A stretch of 63,843 nucleotides of DNA, counting the filler, from Collodictyon triciliatum (Eukaryota), in NCBI GenBank assembly GCA_043381765.1. It is 14 parts of 14 records of this genome, joined end to end, with 100 filler letters (N's around TTAATTAATTAA, not from the genome) between each part and the next. Parts side by side here need not be neighbours in the genome. Positions count along the whole stretch, not along the records: positions 38,982 to 43,207 come from JBHJMP010006358.1; positions 43,308 to 47,533 come from JBHJMP010006359.1; positions 47,634 to 56,107 come from JBHJMP010006360.1; 11 more parts are not named here. One strand, written 5' to 3'. The notes under the pieces are model-generated. The model searched no databases. It saw only the letters and a program-made list of their open reading frames with translations, and was not told the origin of the DNA. The translations under genes and the position numbers were made by a program. This document shows positions 40,047 to 53,287 of the stretch, in pieces (position 1 is the first letter of the stretch; each line of letters starts with the position of its first letter).

Positions 40047-41925
40047 CTGCGACATATAGGACATTTTTGAGTTTTCTTTCTGAAATCGAATGAACATGCG
40101 AGGCAAAAGCAGACATGGCGGCAGGGCAAAACCACTGTGTCCTTTTCGCACGACATGCAAATGATACAGTAATCCTCGATTAACTACGTTGTGCACATTC
40201 ATTTGTTGATTGTAAGTGGGGTGTAAAATTCTTTCCTCGTACATCGTTTGAGGCTGTATATTTGATTGTCTTTCCCGAATATTATATTGTTTACTTCAAT
40301 GTTATCTTTCCCTTCCTCAAGCGCTGAGTTTGATTGTTCTTTAGTGGCTCTGTCTTGAAATCCATAAATATCAATCAAGTCATACTTTTGCCCTTGTATC
40401 TGATTTAATTAATATTGTTATTTTGCAAAGCTACTCTTGTATTAATTCCGTTGTTTTTTTTTTTTGAATACATTTTATAAATATCATATAGGTTTCAAAG
40501 ATATCAATTTCTCTATTCTTTTCTTTTTTTCTTTTTTGTTCAAATATTACCATAATTTCCTGTCGTACGCTTTTAATTCCTGTTTCACCGTTTTCATTGA
40601 CAGCAAAGCTACAAAAAATTGTCGAAGAACTGTTCAAATCCCTTTCCCCATCTTACATAAAAAAGAAAATTGTCATGAAGAAAGAATAATTTTGGATGCT
40701 GCAATATTTGCTGACATGAATAAATGAGCTTTTGGGATGCAAACATTTCAAAGATGGCCCACTTATGAAAAGAAAATGGTATACTTATGCATTGTATTAC
40801 TAAACCTACCTTTTATATCAGTACTATCTGGTTCTATGTGAATAACTATCGGGTAATTTTGACTATCCTCACACATGAAAATATCTGATAGCTTGTAGGT
40901 GGAGAGTTTGATTGCAAATTCTTCTGATTGTGTATAAACCTGTGATTACAGCGAAAGTAAATAAAGTGTTACTAAAATTTTTAACTGAAAATATATTAGA
41001 TCTACGTCAAGAAAAAAAATGAGAGCATTCAAATCACTGCATCCAAGCCAACGTGACTTACTTGTCCAACTCCTTCACCTAGCCGAACCACGTCTGTCGT
41101 TAGATTTGCGTGTATACTTTTGAATGTTCTTTTTAATCCTTTCGGGGAATCTCTTGGAATGCATATTGAATCGAAAAATTAGTAAAAACAAAAACATAAA
41201 ATATTGACTTCTGAAAAAAAGTGAATATATGAATTGAAATCATTCGCAGTTATTTAATCTAAAAAATAGAGAAATATTCCCTCAAAATAATCTTGTTTGA
41301 AATTTTACATTGAATCATCTGTGACTTCGTGTGCAATATATGCTACTTGGGCAATACAGCTAACCAAACAATCCACACGAAACTGAATAACATATGTTGC
41401 ATCTTTGGATGGTACAGGAACTAGCTTCAAGGAGTCTTTTTGGATGTGGACAAGGTTTTGTATCCGAGAAGCTTTGGTAATGGTAGGTATCTATTGGGAT
41501 ATCAGGGAAAAGTTCATAATACGAATCTTTACTACTTTTATTTGGATATTCAATCAAATACCTTTGATTTCGTGGCTGTTGTGTTGATGGAACTCAGTGA
41601 GGCTGTTTGATTAAGAATTGGATTCTAAAAAAAAAAACGTTGTTTAACTTTTACTTTTGGTCTATTCTACTATTCCTCTTGTAGGAGCTATGTCTTCACC
41701 AACTCTCGAAAGTAAGCAGTTGAGAAATGTGGTGTTGTGACAAACCCTCCTGTTCTCATTTCTGTTTGGCATGTTAAGTGGAGCTACGGATTCAGTAGGG
41801 TGAGTAGGCGTGTCTACTACAAGTGCTACGCTGGAGGAATTAGAACTAGAAATGGACACCCTCCCGCTCAACCCTTCTTGAGTTACAAGTATTTGTCTGG
41901 ATTGCTGAGAATCTGGTGTGGTCAT
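40047..41925 (-). CDS. LOG2/LUL/MGRN1(RNF157)-family RING E3 ubiquitin ligase
   Basis: IQNLVHIQKDSLKLVP...YVIQFRVDC, GEGVGQVYTQ...YPIVIHIE, KYDLIDIYG, and RING CIICMSCEKDTVVLPCRHVCFCLACSFDFRKKTQKCPICR. Last exon and start uncertain. Confidence 0.88.
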
Positions 41926-42772
41926 TATTGTGTGTTAATGTAGCAAATAAGATGGGTGAAATGGCATCAATGCTCTAGAGAGTTATATGCCCTTATTTGA
42001 ACGAGAATAAAATCTTGAAACGACACCCTTCAATCCCTACCTCTAGAACTTCTTCTGTAATTCTGACGAGCGAAAACACTCTGGTTCTTTCCCATTTTTT
42101 ATTTCAAGGTATCTAATATGATTTGCATTCGTCAATATGAGTCTGGAAAATATTGTCAGTAAGAAGCACTTTTGAATAGAAGTTTCGCTTTGGTAGAGAT
42201 TTGACGATTCTGCAATTCAGCTTTTGACACGAAACTAGAGACAGTATTGCCCTTTTCGCAAACAATACGATGACTCCAGTAGAACTTAAGCCATCTTTGC
42301 TCAATCGGATGATAACTTTAAAGTAAACACTTTTCATTTCGTCGACGAGGGAATTCGCCAACCAACCAAAGAAAAAAAAACCTAGTCTTTAGAATGTATC
42401 TCGCATGCAGTTTACCGATGTATCACAATTTCTTCGAGCCTCGTGCTCAATTTATATTGAAAGTATTCGATAAAACCTGCTAACCGATGCATCAAGAAAG
42501 GAAAGACACAGACCCTTGCGTTCCAAAGTAAATCCAAGTAAATCCAAGTAAATCCAAATTAATTCAAGTAAATCCAAGTAAATCCAAATCTAAATAAATC
42601 AAAAATGTGTCATAAAATGGCTGAAGTGGGGCACACATCATCAAAATCAGCCACATCGCAGCACTTTTTCTGACAGATCCTTGGTTATCTGAGTTGCTTT
42701 TACCGCTTATTCGGTGGGATTGACTGGAGCTGGGGAAAACTTTTGCTAAGCAGTAGGTCACGAACGGCTTGA

Positions 42773-43018
42773 ATGCTTCGCCTCTTTCGCACACACACCG
42801 CCCCATACTTTTCAAGGGGAACTGCTTTGCGGCGCAGCACCGGGTCAGCAGATCGAGCCAAAGAGGCTGAGCAGCAAGTCGCTGATGCGCCGCCGTTCAT
42901 GCTTGGCCGTGACTGGACTCGTACCGCGAATCCAAAGGGTTGGTGGGCAAGTGAGAAGCTTGAAGGAATCCGCGCTTGGTGGGATGGGCAGCGGTTTGTC
43001 ACGCGCAAAGGAACTGTG
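42773..43018 (+). CDS. Bacterial-type (LigE-like) ATP-dependent DNA ligase, first exon, with mitochondrial-type presequence
   Basis: PPFMLGRDW...PKGWWASEKLEGIRAWWDGQRFVTRKG matches the SEKLDG.RA.WDG..SR.G pattern. N-terminus MLRLFRTHTAPYFSRGTALRRS. Confidence 0.8.
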
Positions 43019-43307
43019 GTGGGTGCTGTATGAAAATAAGGATATCTTGTTTCCTTTTTATTTTCTTTCCTTCCTTTTCTCTTGTTTTGGTATTTTTTGT
43101 TATGTTTTGTTATGTTTTGTTATGTTTTGTTATGTTTTGTTATGTTTTGTTATGTTTTGTTATGTTTTGTTATGTTTTGTTATGTTTTGTTATGTTTTGT
43201 TATGTTTNNNNNNNNNNNNNNNNNNNNNNNNNNNNNNNNNNNNNNNNNNNNTTAATTAATTAANNNNNNNNNNNNNNNNNNNNNNNNNNNNNNNNNNNNN
43301 NNNNNNN

Positions 43308-43478
<171 letters not shown>

Positions 43479-43630
43479 CTAAGTAGCATCTTTACAACAT
43501 AGACTTCCTACTTACACTGATGCTTTAAGAATATCAAACTGACAAACTAAACAAACCAAACAAACCAAGAAAAGGAGCAGGGGTAACATAAGGAAAATGA
43601 TAGTTTCTTATATACTCTCGATATACATAG

Positions 43631-46437
43631 CCAATCCAAATCGATACTCGGCCAGCTTTGGACAAACGCCACGGTTTCCCAAACCACCACAACACAATGA
43701 TGCCGATTACGATGCGGAGCAAGGAATTAAACTGCCGCTTGCCAAAAGAATCCAAGGTCATACACAATATATACCATCGAATTAATTCAACACATCTCAT
43801 CCGTTTTATTGTGATGCCCGTTTCCCATATGCTTTCCGTAATGATGAAACGATTTCTAACATGGTCATTCATCAAACAGAAAAACGGAATGGGTTATTTC
43901 CCACCGCGCCCAGAGAACCGCGTCCCCCAAAAGACATCACCCCTCTGACATACGACCCTGATTGGGTACCAACTCTTATTCGAGAATGTCTTTCTCTCTC
44001 AATAGACTATATACACGTATCCTTCAAAATATCAATCAAAGCATGTCTGAGCTGAACCACAAACTTACACAATTCCAACTATCCCAAGGGAACAAAATCA
44101 TCTATCGCTCGATCCGTTGAGTGTATGGTTCAACCTATTACATATCCCCTGATATTTGATGATATTTACCGCTCATACGAATGAATCTTTCGACTAAAGT
44201 CAAATATTTGTAATTGTGTATGCCTTATCGTGATGATGGATTCTGCTTTAGTGTCCCCTAATAAAGTTAGCCGAATGAAGCTCAACACCCCACGATTTAT
44301 CCAACACCTACCTCCACACGAAACTGTTCTGGACCCGGATTGTGGAATCAAGATGAGCATCGCAAAAGAAGTTGAAAGTAAGTAACACACATATGGCCAA
44401 TATCTCCACATACTGGGCAAATTGAAACGAAGAAGAGAAGAAGCGGATATGTGCCACTCACTTATCTATTCTTCTTCTCAATATCCATTGTGATAGGCTC
44501 TCCCAAATAAACTTTTTACGCGTGGAATCAAATATACCCATCGCTTTTTATTCATCCTTCAGATTCATCCATGAAATACACAAATGCATTCGCCGGGACT
44601 CCAAGACATTTCGTAATTATATCACCTAATTATCCCAAAAAACAAAGACCAACAGTCACCTTATCAAGAAATACAAATTGGGATTGCTTTTACACAAATG
44701 GGTAGATAAATCATTATATTCAAAATGTATATGTAAGGACATTGCCATCCCTGGGGCAGAAGACCCCTTCAGCCATCACGACAGAGCTGACTATGGTTAC
44801 AGGTCTTCGATTGTTAGGGCAGTCAAAGGTGGGATTCATATGCCATTCTGCCAACTTCTTCAAGATTTCGTTTGATTTTGCATTTTTAAGAGACGAGAAA
44901 AGAGAAACAATAATAAAAGAGACAGTTCCGGTGGGATTAATTCATGGTCATCCCAAATCAATTAGAGTCTCCGATGACGTATGACTCAATCATGAAGGGG
45001 ACACCGCGACCCTCACCAAGAGCACCGCCTGCATATGACTCAAACTACGACACCCAATTAGATGATATAGCACGTCGAGCAAACTGTATGGAGTACCTTT
45101 ATGCAGTCTGAACATGTCGATTCATAATCAACTTATTCCTAAGAGAAAGGCTATTATAACCATGATTAATCGTGTAGTTAGCCTTTAGCGATAAGTTAGA
45201 AGAAAGAAACTCAACCAATTATTGAAATATTTATGTATTCTAGCTACACCAAGAAGGTACGGGGTCATGAAAAGTCAAACAGCGAGATTCAAAGATACGA
45301 AGCCATATTCTGTGGGTGAGCATGGTGACCTCCACTTGGATTACGGTCGGATGGAAACTCTTGCTACCCACGCAAAGTCTTCTCCGATAAGCTACGGCAG
45401 TGCTTTCAGCTCCACACCACGATTCAAGGAAAAAGTGCCGGATTATACACCAAAATTCTACGATATTGATGGTGGTCCAAAGCGTCCTTTGGCGAAGTCA
45501 TTAGACGACTCGCCAGTTACATACTCAGTTATGCGGTCTAATGCGCCGCGGTTTCCAAAGCCACAGCCACCAAATGCCCCCGACTTGGGTTCCTACGATG
45601 CCAGCAAAGGACCGGCTGCAGATATGGTTCACAGCGTTCTAGGTGAGCTCTTGTTTATTCTATTTATTTATTTATAAAAAAAAGGGATGAGGGGATGGAG
45701 TTATAATACAACAGTAAATCAGTATTTTTTTTAATCATGTTGTCTCTAACAAATCCACATTTATACATATGCATATTTATATAGTTAAATATAAAACGAA
45801 AAGGAAAACAATAGCAAAAACACACGGCAGTTTGATGCGTCGCGCTGAACACTCATTTACATAGATTCGGCCGTATCGTGCAGTGCCATGAAAAGCAATG
45901 TCCCAAGATTTTCAAGTCATGTTGACAACCCCAAGGTTGGACCTGCGACGTATACACCACAGTTCCCGGCCCAGCTAGCTCTGCCGGACAGTGCATTCGC
46001 AAGTAAATCACCCCGCACAAACTTTGTTTCTCGCAGGGAAAACAACCAATCAGAGGGTATTGATGTGGTGATTGATAACCGCGAATGGTTTCGGAAAGGA
46101 TGGACAATGTCAAAGACGCCCCGAGAGAAGGTTGCAAAGGTCGGATTTGAGCCTCATTCAAAGAACATCCTTGAAATGGACCGCAAAGTACGTCAACTAA
46201 CATTTAGAACTCCCCGAAATTCATTTTTTTTCTCTAAACACGCTATTATTACTTCTTCGAACTATTTTTTTCGTTCTCTTGTTGGCGAGAGATTCTTTTA
46301 CCACTCAAGACTTTTCAAAGAACCAGGTATCACTCATACAAATATTACAATAGACCTGGACAAGTAAAGGATTTGCAGTCCCTCATACTGCGCGTTTCCC
46401 AGAGGACGAGATTGTTTCAAGTGCACGCAAAATGTAG
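43631..46437 (+). CDS. Repetitive protein with ~40-aa S..PRF/YD repeats, ODF3/SHIPPO-repeat-like (putative flagellar), 5' truncated
   Basis: Repeated units such as SPISYGSAFSSTPRF...FYDIDGG, SPVTYSVMRSNAPRF...SYDASKG, AMKSNVPRF...VGPATYTP. Final exon ends HTARFPEDEIVSSARKM* at 46437. Confidence 0.55.
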
Positions 46438-46914
46438 ATTCCTGTCCAACCAACCAAAAAAATCACGTGAAACGTGCCACGACCCATTTCAACAGTGGGT
46501 CAAAGGTGCTTTTTTCGATCTCTCTGGGTTGACTGTTGGCTTTTTGTTTTCTTCTTATGCTGACTCTGCTATTTCATGTGGGTTAGCTTTCTATTTACTT
46601 ATGTATGTATGGTTGGGTTGGTCTACACTCAACCCTGGAGAAGGAAAAGGTTGCAATCATTTATTCCCATATCCGCCTTTCTACCACCGAAAAATCAAAA
46701 GCCCACAGACTTTACGAAATAAAAACAAAAACAAAAACAAAAACAAAAAAGGACTCTTGAACACGTTGTTTGAAAACTTACATACCAGCACATCATACAA
46801 GCATGCTCTGAATCCATCCATTTGTCAAGTTTGAGTTTATATACTTCCTTTTACTTCGTCTTTGAAGAATCCTGACTGAACTTAAAGCGCGAGGCTCTTC
46901 TCTTTTGGCCTAGT

Positions 46915-47400
46915 TCAAACAAGTCTTTGGAAAACCCTGTTCGCCTGGATGCAATTGATGTATGATTCAAGGGACGAAAAAAAATAATAATAAAAGCTTG
47001 TGAGCACACTATATGTTTGCATGACTGCGATAATTGAGATTTATTCATTTACAAACCTTCTCGTTATGCACATGTATATGTAATAAACTGCGACGCATAC
47101 AACTAAGATGGATGCAACAACCATGTAAAGTCTATCCATGTAGTTTGTTTTCTAATGGAAGACAGATGGGTAGAAACAAATACATAAACGAGCAGGGGAA
47201 AATAAAAGATTAAGACATAAATTCAATTCTAGACCATGAAGTATTTCCATAAGAGCAAATCAAAAAAGTATGGATTGTAAGGAAATTTGTTATCATCAGA
47301 TGTTCTTGAAAACTGCGCTGGACCTTTGGGAGATGCTTGACACCCTTTTGTGTTGGGGCAGAGCAGTTCATCGGCATGCAAAACTCTTGATTGAACATGC
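46915..47400 (-). CDS. 3' exons of a hypothetical gene
   Basis: Three phase-consistent exons: ...NPYFFDLLLWKYFM|KTNYMDRLYMVVASIL|ANRVFQRLV*. Confidence 0.35.
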
Positions 47401-47633
47401 CTATCCCGTGAAGAGTTATAATAAAAAAAGAGAAAAAAGAGAAAAAAGAGAAAAAAGAGAAAAAAGAGAAAAAAGAGAAAAAAGAGAAAAAAGAGAAAAA
47501 AGAGAAAAAAGAGAAAAAAGAGAAAAAAGAGAANNNNNNNNNNNNNNNNNNNNNNNNNNNNNNNNNNNNNNNNNNNNTTAATTAATTAANNNNNNNNNNN
47601 NNNNNNNNNNNNNNNNNNNNNNNNNNNNNNNNN

Positions 47634-50600
47634 CGACAATGGCCTTGTTTTCACAATCCCTTCTCTTTTTTCCTTGGCTAAGAACAAAATATGCCAGCGT
47701 CAGTTTTTTTTTTTTTTTTTTGTTAATATCCTCTCATAATTTTTCTTTTGTCTTTTTATTTTCATTTTCTTCATTATTAACCGAAATAACTGGGTTTATT
47801 AGTTACTCTTGGCAATCCTTTTTGACCTTATATATCTGATTATCATCAGTAGTAGTGCTCAAATACAAAGTGGTAATTTTCAGCATTTATAATAGTCATA
47901 TATCTTGCAAACCACAAATGATATACATATCCATAATTACACTTTCATTTCGGAGGCTGTAAGATTTTTTTCATTTAATTTTATTAAACATGTATCCTCA
48001 ATTATGCAGATAACTCTCTCCAGATAATATGTGTTTTACTGGGTTCTCTTGTTCTTGTCATGAAGACAAAAGATGTGAACGATTTTGGAAATATCTTCGA
48101 AGTTGAATATGAGAAACTCATAGAATCATCCAAGTAACAGTCGTTTGAGCCTTTTAAGGAACACTTCTTTCATTTTTTGATATAAATTACTTTAAAGAAA
48201 CATGAAATTTGTATTTACTTGATAAAATTAGGCAAACCAAGGTTATAATTAAGAGGTTAGTTCGACAAGCTTCTGTGGCAACAGAGATGATATCCCCTCT
48301 TGAAGTTGCAATCAGGCGAATCAATGAAATAAGATCTATGTTGGAAGGTACTTGAGCCTAAACATAATTTATTTAATTATCTGGAATGGATGAATGAATG
48401 TCCAATTTGGCGGGTTTGTTTAAATGTGCAAATATATGAATGGCAGTTTTATTCACAATCTAAAAACAATTTTGATTAATTCATTTGCCCGATTCAATAG
48501 ACAAACAAATATCTGATAAAATTGAGGACATCTTAAGGCTTTTGGGCAAAGTAGATCTTTTTGCACCGGCTGCATTTCTGGATAAGCAAGCAATACAAAA
48601 TGTTGACGAACAAACTCGTGATTGGTTGATGACAGAGTTTCGAAATCCTAATACCCTTCAGGATAATTACGAGATGATGAACAAAAGGTATTTAAAATAA
48701 AAACAAATGAATGTAAGTTAATAATCAACGCTTCGATATTCATCCTGCTGTACTAAAAAAAAATGTTGAATCATTCTCATATTATTATGTTCCGTGGACT
48801 TTGGTGATAGGAGAGATAGAGCAAAGTCTTTCTCTTTGAATACTTCTACTCTAATCCGGATAAATGACTTCAGTGATTTTATCAAGTATGCATTACCGTC
48901 ATAATGTAAAATAACTAACTTAATGGTGTGTTTAAGCATCCATTCTGTGATTTATTTGGTTTATATTTGTTTTTTGTATATAAAAATCCATCACAAAGTT
49001 AACATCGACCGGAATTAATTGCAAGTACAAAATTCACATTCTTTTTTAATTCATAATTGGATCCAATCCAGGGAAGCCAATCCGCTTATCATCTCTTCCT
49101 TGGACGATGTGATGAATGATTGGAACGGAGATGTATTTAATTTAGATTTTGTATCAAAAGGTTGGCTGAATTTAGGCTTCAATCACAATACGATTTCAAT
49201 TGGTGAAATAATTCATTACTCTCATCATATTTTCTTTATTTATCGATGACTGGCTTATTAACAATATGATAACTGAAGGTCATCCCCTGCTGTACGCGGC
49301 TGCAGCTGTATTTGAAAGATTCCAAATATCGACCCATGTTGGGTTTAATGTGCAAAAATTCCTAGCATTTGTTCGTGAGATTGAATCAGGATACATGCCT
49401 AATCCATATCATTCAAAAATACACGCTACTGATGTTCTTCTCAATGTGATGCACTTGCTCAGCACCGAAAGGATACAAATGTAAGTCATCTACCACAGAT
49501 GGACACTATAAACGCATGCCTCTTTATTTTGCTTAATTGAAAAAAAGGTATTAGTTTTGTTCATTTCTTTGGAAAAATTGTGATATGACGGGCTAATTAA
49601 TTCCATTTCCAAGGCACCTTACAAAAATTGACCTACTTTGCGTCTTTTTTGCTGCCATAATTCATGACTATGCACACCCTGTGAGTTTGTGTATATGATT
49701 TTTTTAAAAATCCTTGTGATACAGTACCATAATGCCTTACGTCACTAATAAAAATCACACCTGGCACACAATTGGTTACAGGCCACTACAAACAACTTCC
49801 ACATACAGTCCCAGTCCTTGTTCGCCTTGATTTACAACGATAAATCAGTATAATTACACGCCTCCCTATTAGCTCTCATATGTATTATAAAAATAAAATG
49901 TGGATAATACTTTTTTAGTATATTTCATGAGGATTTTTTAAAACGCCTATAGCTGATATCCCATTTCTCATTTGCAGATTTTAGAAAACTATCATGTATC
50001 CAAAGCTTATCAACTTCTAATGTCAGAGAATTCCAACTTTCTTGGTGACTTGCATCCAACAGAGTATGGATTACAAACAATCTCCTTTTATTGAACCGAT
50101 CTGTTGAGTTATCAAATNNNNNNNNNNNNNNNNNNNNNNNNNNNNNNNNNNNNNNNNNNNNNNNNNNNNNNNNNNNNNNNNNNNNNNNNNNNNNNNNNNN
50201 NNNNNNNNNNNNNNNNNNNNNNNNNNNNNNNNNNNNNNNNNNNNNNNNNNNNNNNNNNNNNNNNNNNNNNNNNNNNNNNNNNNNNNNNNNNNNNNNNNNN
50301 NNNNNNNNNNNNNNNNNNNNNNNNNNNNNNNNNNNNNNNNNNNNNNNNNNNNNNNNNNNNNNNNNNNNNNNNNNNNNNNNNNNNNNNNNNNNNNNNNNNN
50401 NNNNNNNNNNNNNNNNNNNNNNNNNNNNNNNNNNNNNNNNNNNNNNNNNNNNNNNNNNNNNNNNNNNNNNNNNNNNNNNNNNNNNNNNNNNNNNNNNNNN
50501 NNNNNNNNNNNNNNNNNNNNNNNNNNNNNNNNNNNNNNNNNNNNNNNNNNNNNNNNNNNNNNNNNNNNNNNNNNNNNNNNNNNNNNNNNNNNNNNNNNNN

Positions 50601-51317
50601 NNNNNNNNNNNNNNNNNNNNNNNNNAGTTTTATAATCAAGTACGTCTTAGTTTATCAGGGGTTGGTGTCTCGTTCATGGTTAACGTTTCGACACTTACCC
50701 ATTTCACAGGGAGATGAGGAGGAGAAGCTGGGACTTCCAAAGTCTCCGTTCATGAATCGCCAGGATGAACAACTCCCTCGAAGTCAAATAGGGTATTCCA
50801 ACAAACGAGATTCTTTTGCGCATAGTATATATTAAAATGAATTATTTGTATATGATTGTCTAACCACACCTTCGTGTCATAAAACACAACAAGGTTTTTG
50901 ACATTCATCGTGCATCCAATCTTTAAAGCGTGGATATCCTTTGCTGGGGATTCCATGTCTTTGATGGCCTCGTTGCAATCCAACATGAACCAATGGAAAG
51001 AATTGCAGCAACAAGGAAAGTTCACTTTAGGGGATGCAGAAAGTAACAAATCTAATTCATGCCTTTTATTTTACTTAATTTTATCGTATTCTTGTTACAA
51101 GTATTCCTTTTTATTCGCTCAAAGTGGGAGGTTGACAGCGAATCGCTCTATCAAGATGTCATGACAGAACGACTGTATTAGTGTCTAATAGTATATCACT
51201 GCCTTTGCAGAGCTCGCAAATACTCTCCCGACCGAGACCCGAATACCAAAAGACCTTCAGCCCACACCATCCTTTGTAAACCTGTCTGAGTTCCACGAAG
51301 CCAACCGCCGCCACTGA
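47634..51317 (+). CDS. Class I cyclic-nucleotide phosphodiesterase with N-terminal transmembrane segments, 5' truncated, internal N gap
   Basis: NPYHSKIHATDV, AAIIHDYAHP, YNDKSILENYH, QGDEEEKLGLPKSPFMNR, SQIGFLTFIVHPIF. Hydrophobic exons LLLAILFDLIYLIII and LQIICVLLGSLVLVM lie upstream. Stop TGA at 51317. Confidence 0.93.
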
Positions 51318-51464
51318 GAAATCAATGTTCCTCGGATGGAACCCACCTCTTTAAATTATTACCTCGTCTATCCATTCTGGAAAAAGAATGATATATTTAC
51401 GGGCGATATCTAATCAAAAAATAACCGAAAAGGGACCTTAAAGAAATTGAAAACCAAAGCCTAT

Positions 51465-51565
<101 letters not shown>

Positions 51566-52019
51566 NNNNNNNNNNNNNNNNNNNNNNNNNNNNNNNNNNN
51601 NNNNNNNNNNNNNNNNNNNNNNNNNNNNNNNNNNNNNNNNNNNNNNNNNNNNNNNNNNNNNNNNNNNNNNNNNNNNNNNNNNNNNNNNNNNNNNNNNNNN
51701 NNNNNNNNNNNNNNNNNNNNNNNNNNNNNNNNNNNNNNNNNNNNNNNNNNNNNNNNNNNNNNNNNNNNNNNNNNNNNNNNNNNNNNNNNNNNNNNNNNNN
51801 NNNNNNNNNNNNNNNNNNNNNNNNNNNNNNNNNNNNNNNNNNNNNNNNNNNNNNNNNNNNNNNNNNNNNNNNNNNNNNNNNNNNAGGCAAGTTGTGTCCT
51901 TTTGCTGCGGTTTCTGATCGAGCGCATCCACATGAACTTTTCTCGCTATTCGACCCCTTTTGACCCAGAAGGAACGCTCCTGAAGAATTGTAACAGAGCA
52001 CTAAACTCTACAGTCCGTT

Positions 52020-52099
<80 letters not shown>

Positions 52100-52314
52100 T
52101 CCTTCTTTCCTTCTTTCTTTCCTTCTTTCTTTCCTTCTTTCCTTCTTTCTTTTTTCCCGATAGTCTTTTTTTTTTCTTCTTCTTCCAAGCTAACGGTCCG
52201 CCAATACAGCCCCCAAGGGAGACAAAGCGCCACCCATAGCGAGAAGCAAGCAAAGCCCAAGAAAGCGAAAAAGGGAGAAACCAGAGCGCGTGGTCGCAAA
52301 TCGGAGCCGCAGAG

Positions 52315-53211
52315 ATGAACAAGCTGACGAATGTGGAGGCGCAGCGCATTATGGCTGTCATGAACGAGACGATTGAGAAGCTGGAATATCTTTCTCTGAT
52401 CGACATGATCACGGCAGCCGCAGCATTGACAGACCGCGATGTGGACCGCCTCAGAGGCCTTGTTGGCGCTGAACTGGCCCACGCCATAGCCGATCTGCAG
52501 CGCACAGAGGCCCGCTTCGACTCGCAGGTTGGACGCCACTCTGCCCTCAACTTGCACGGCAATGTGGGAGGCTCGGCTTCTCGTGAGTCGTATTCGGCTG
52601 GCCGGGACGAAGCAGCAAAGTCGCGGGTGCGTGTTGTTTCCTCATTTATAAGTCGTGTGCTTTTTTTTTTATAATTATTATTACTATTAAAATAATACGT
52701 TCTGTTCATTATTTTGTCTATGCTGGTTACTTACAAATACCATGATTTTTCCATTCTGTTACTTCGTCTACCTCATATATACAATTTAATATCTGACTGC
52801 ACATTTTTTTTCTCTTTCTTTCGAATGATCATCAGGTTTTCTCACTCGTCTATCATATTCTATCATGCATTTATTTAACATTCTTCCCTACATTTGTTTC
52901 AGTGCTTTCTTTTAATTCGCCATTTTTCCTATTGTATCAGGAAAAGTTTGTAATTGCTGCTCACATCCCATTTCCATCTTCTGCATTTTCAGACAGTTGT
53001 TCTTCCACCCATTCAGCCCGATAATTCAGCCAATGAGTTGAAAGAGATGACAAAGAGTCTGAGGCAAGCAAGCAGGAATGTGTGCAGGCTCATTAAAGTG
53101 AGCAATTAACCATAGACATGATCCATTTCAAATGCCCTTTTTCTTTCTTTCTCTTTTTCCGAGCAGTCTTAAAGTTTTCACCATCCTACATCTATATGAA
53201 GAATAGTGTCT

Positions 53212-53287
<76 letters not shown>

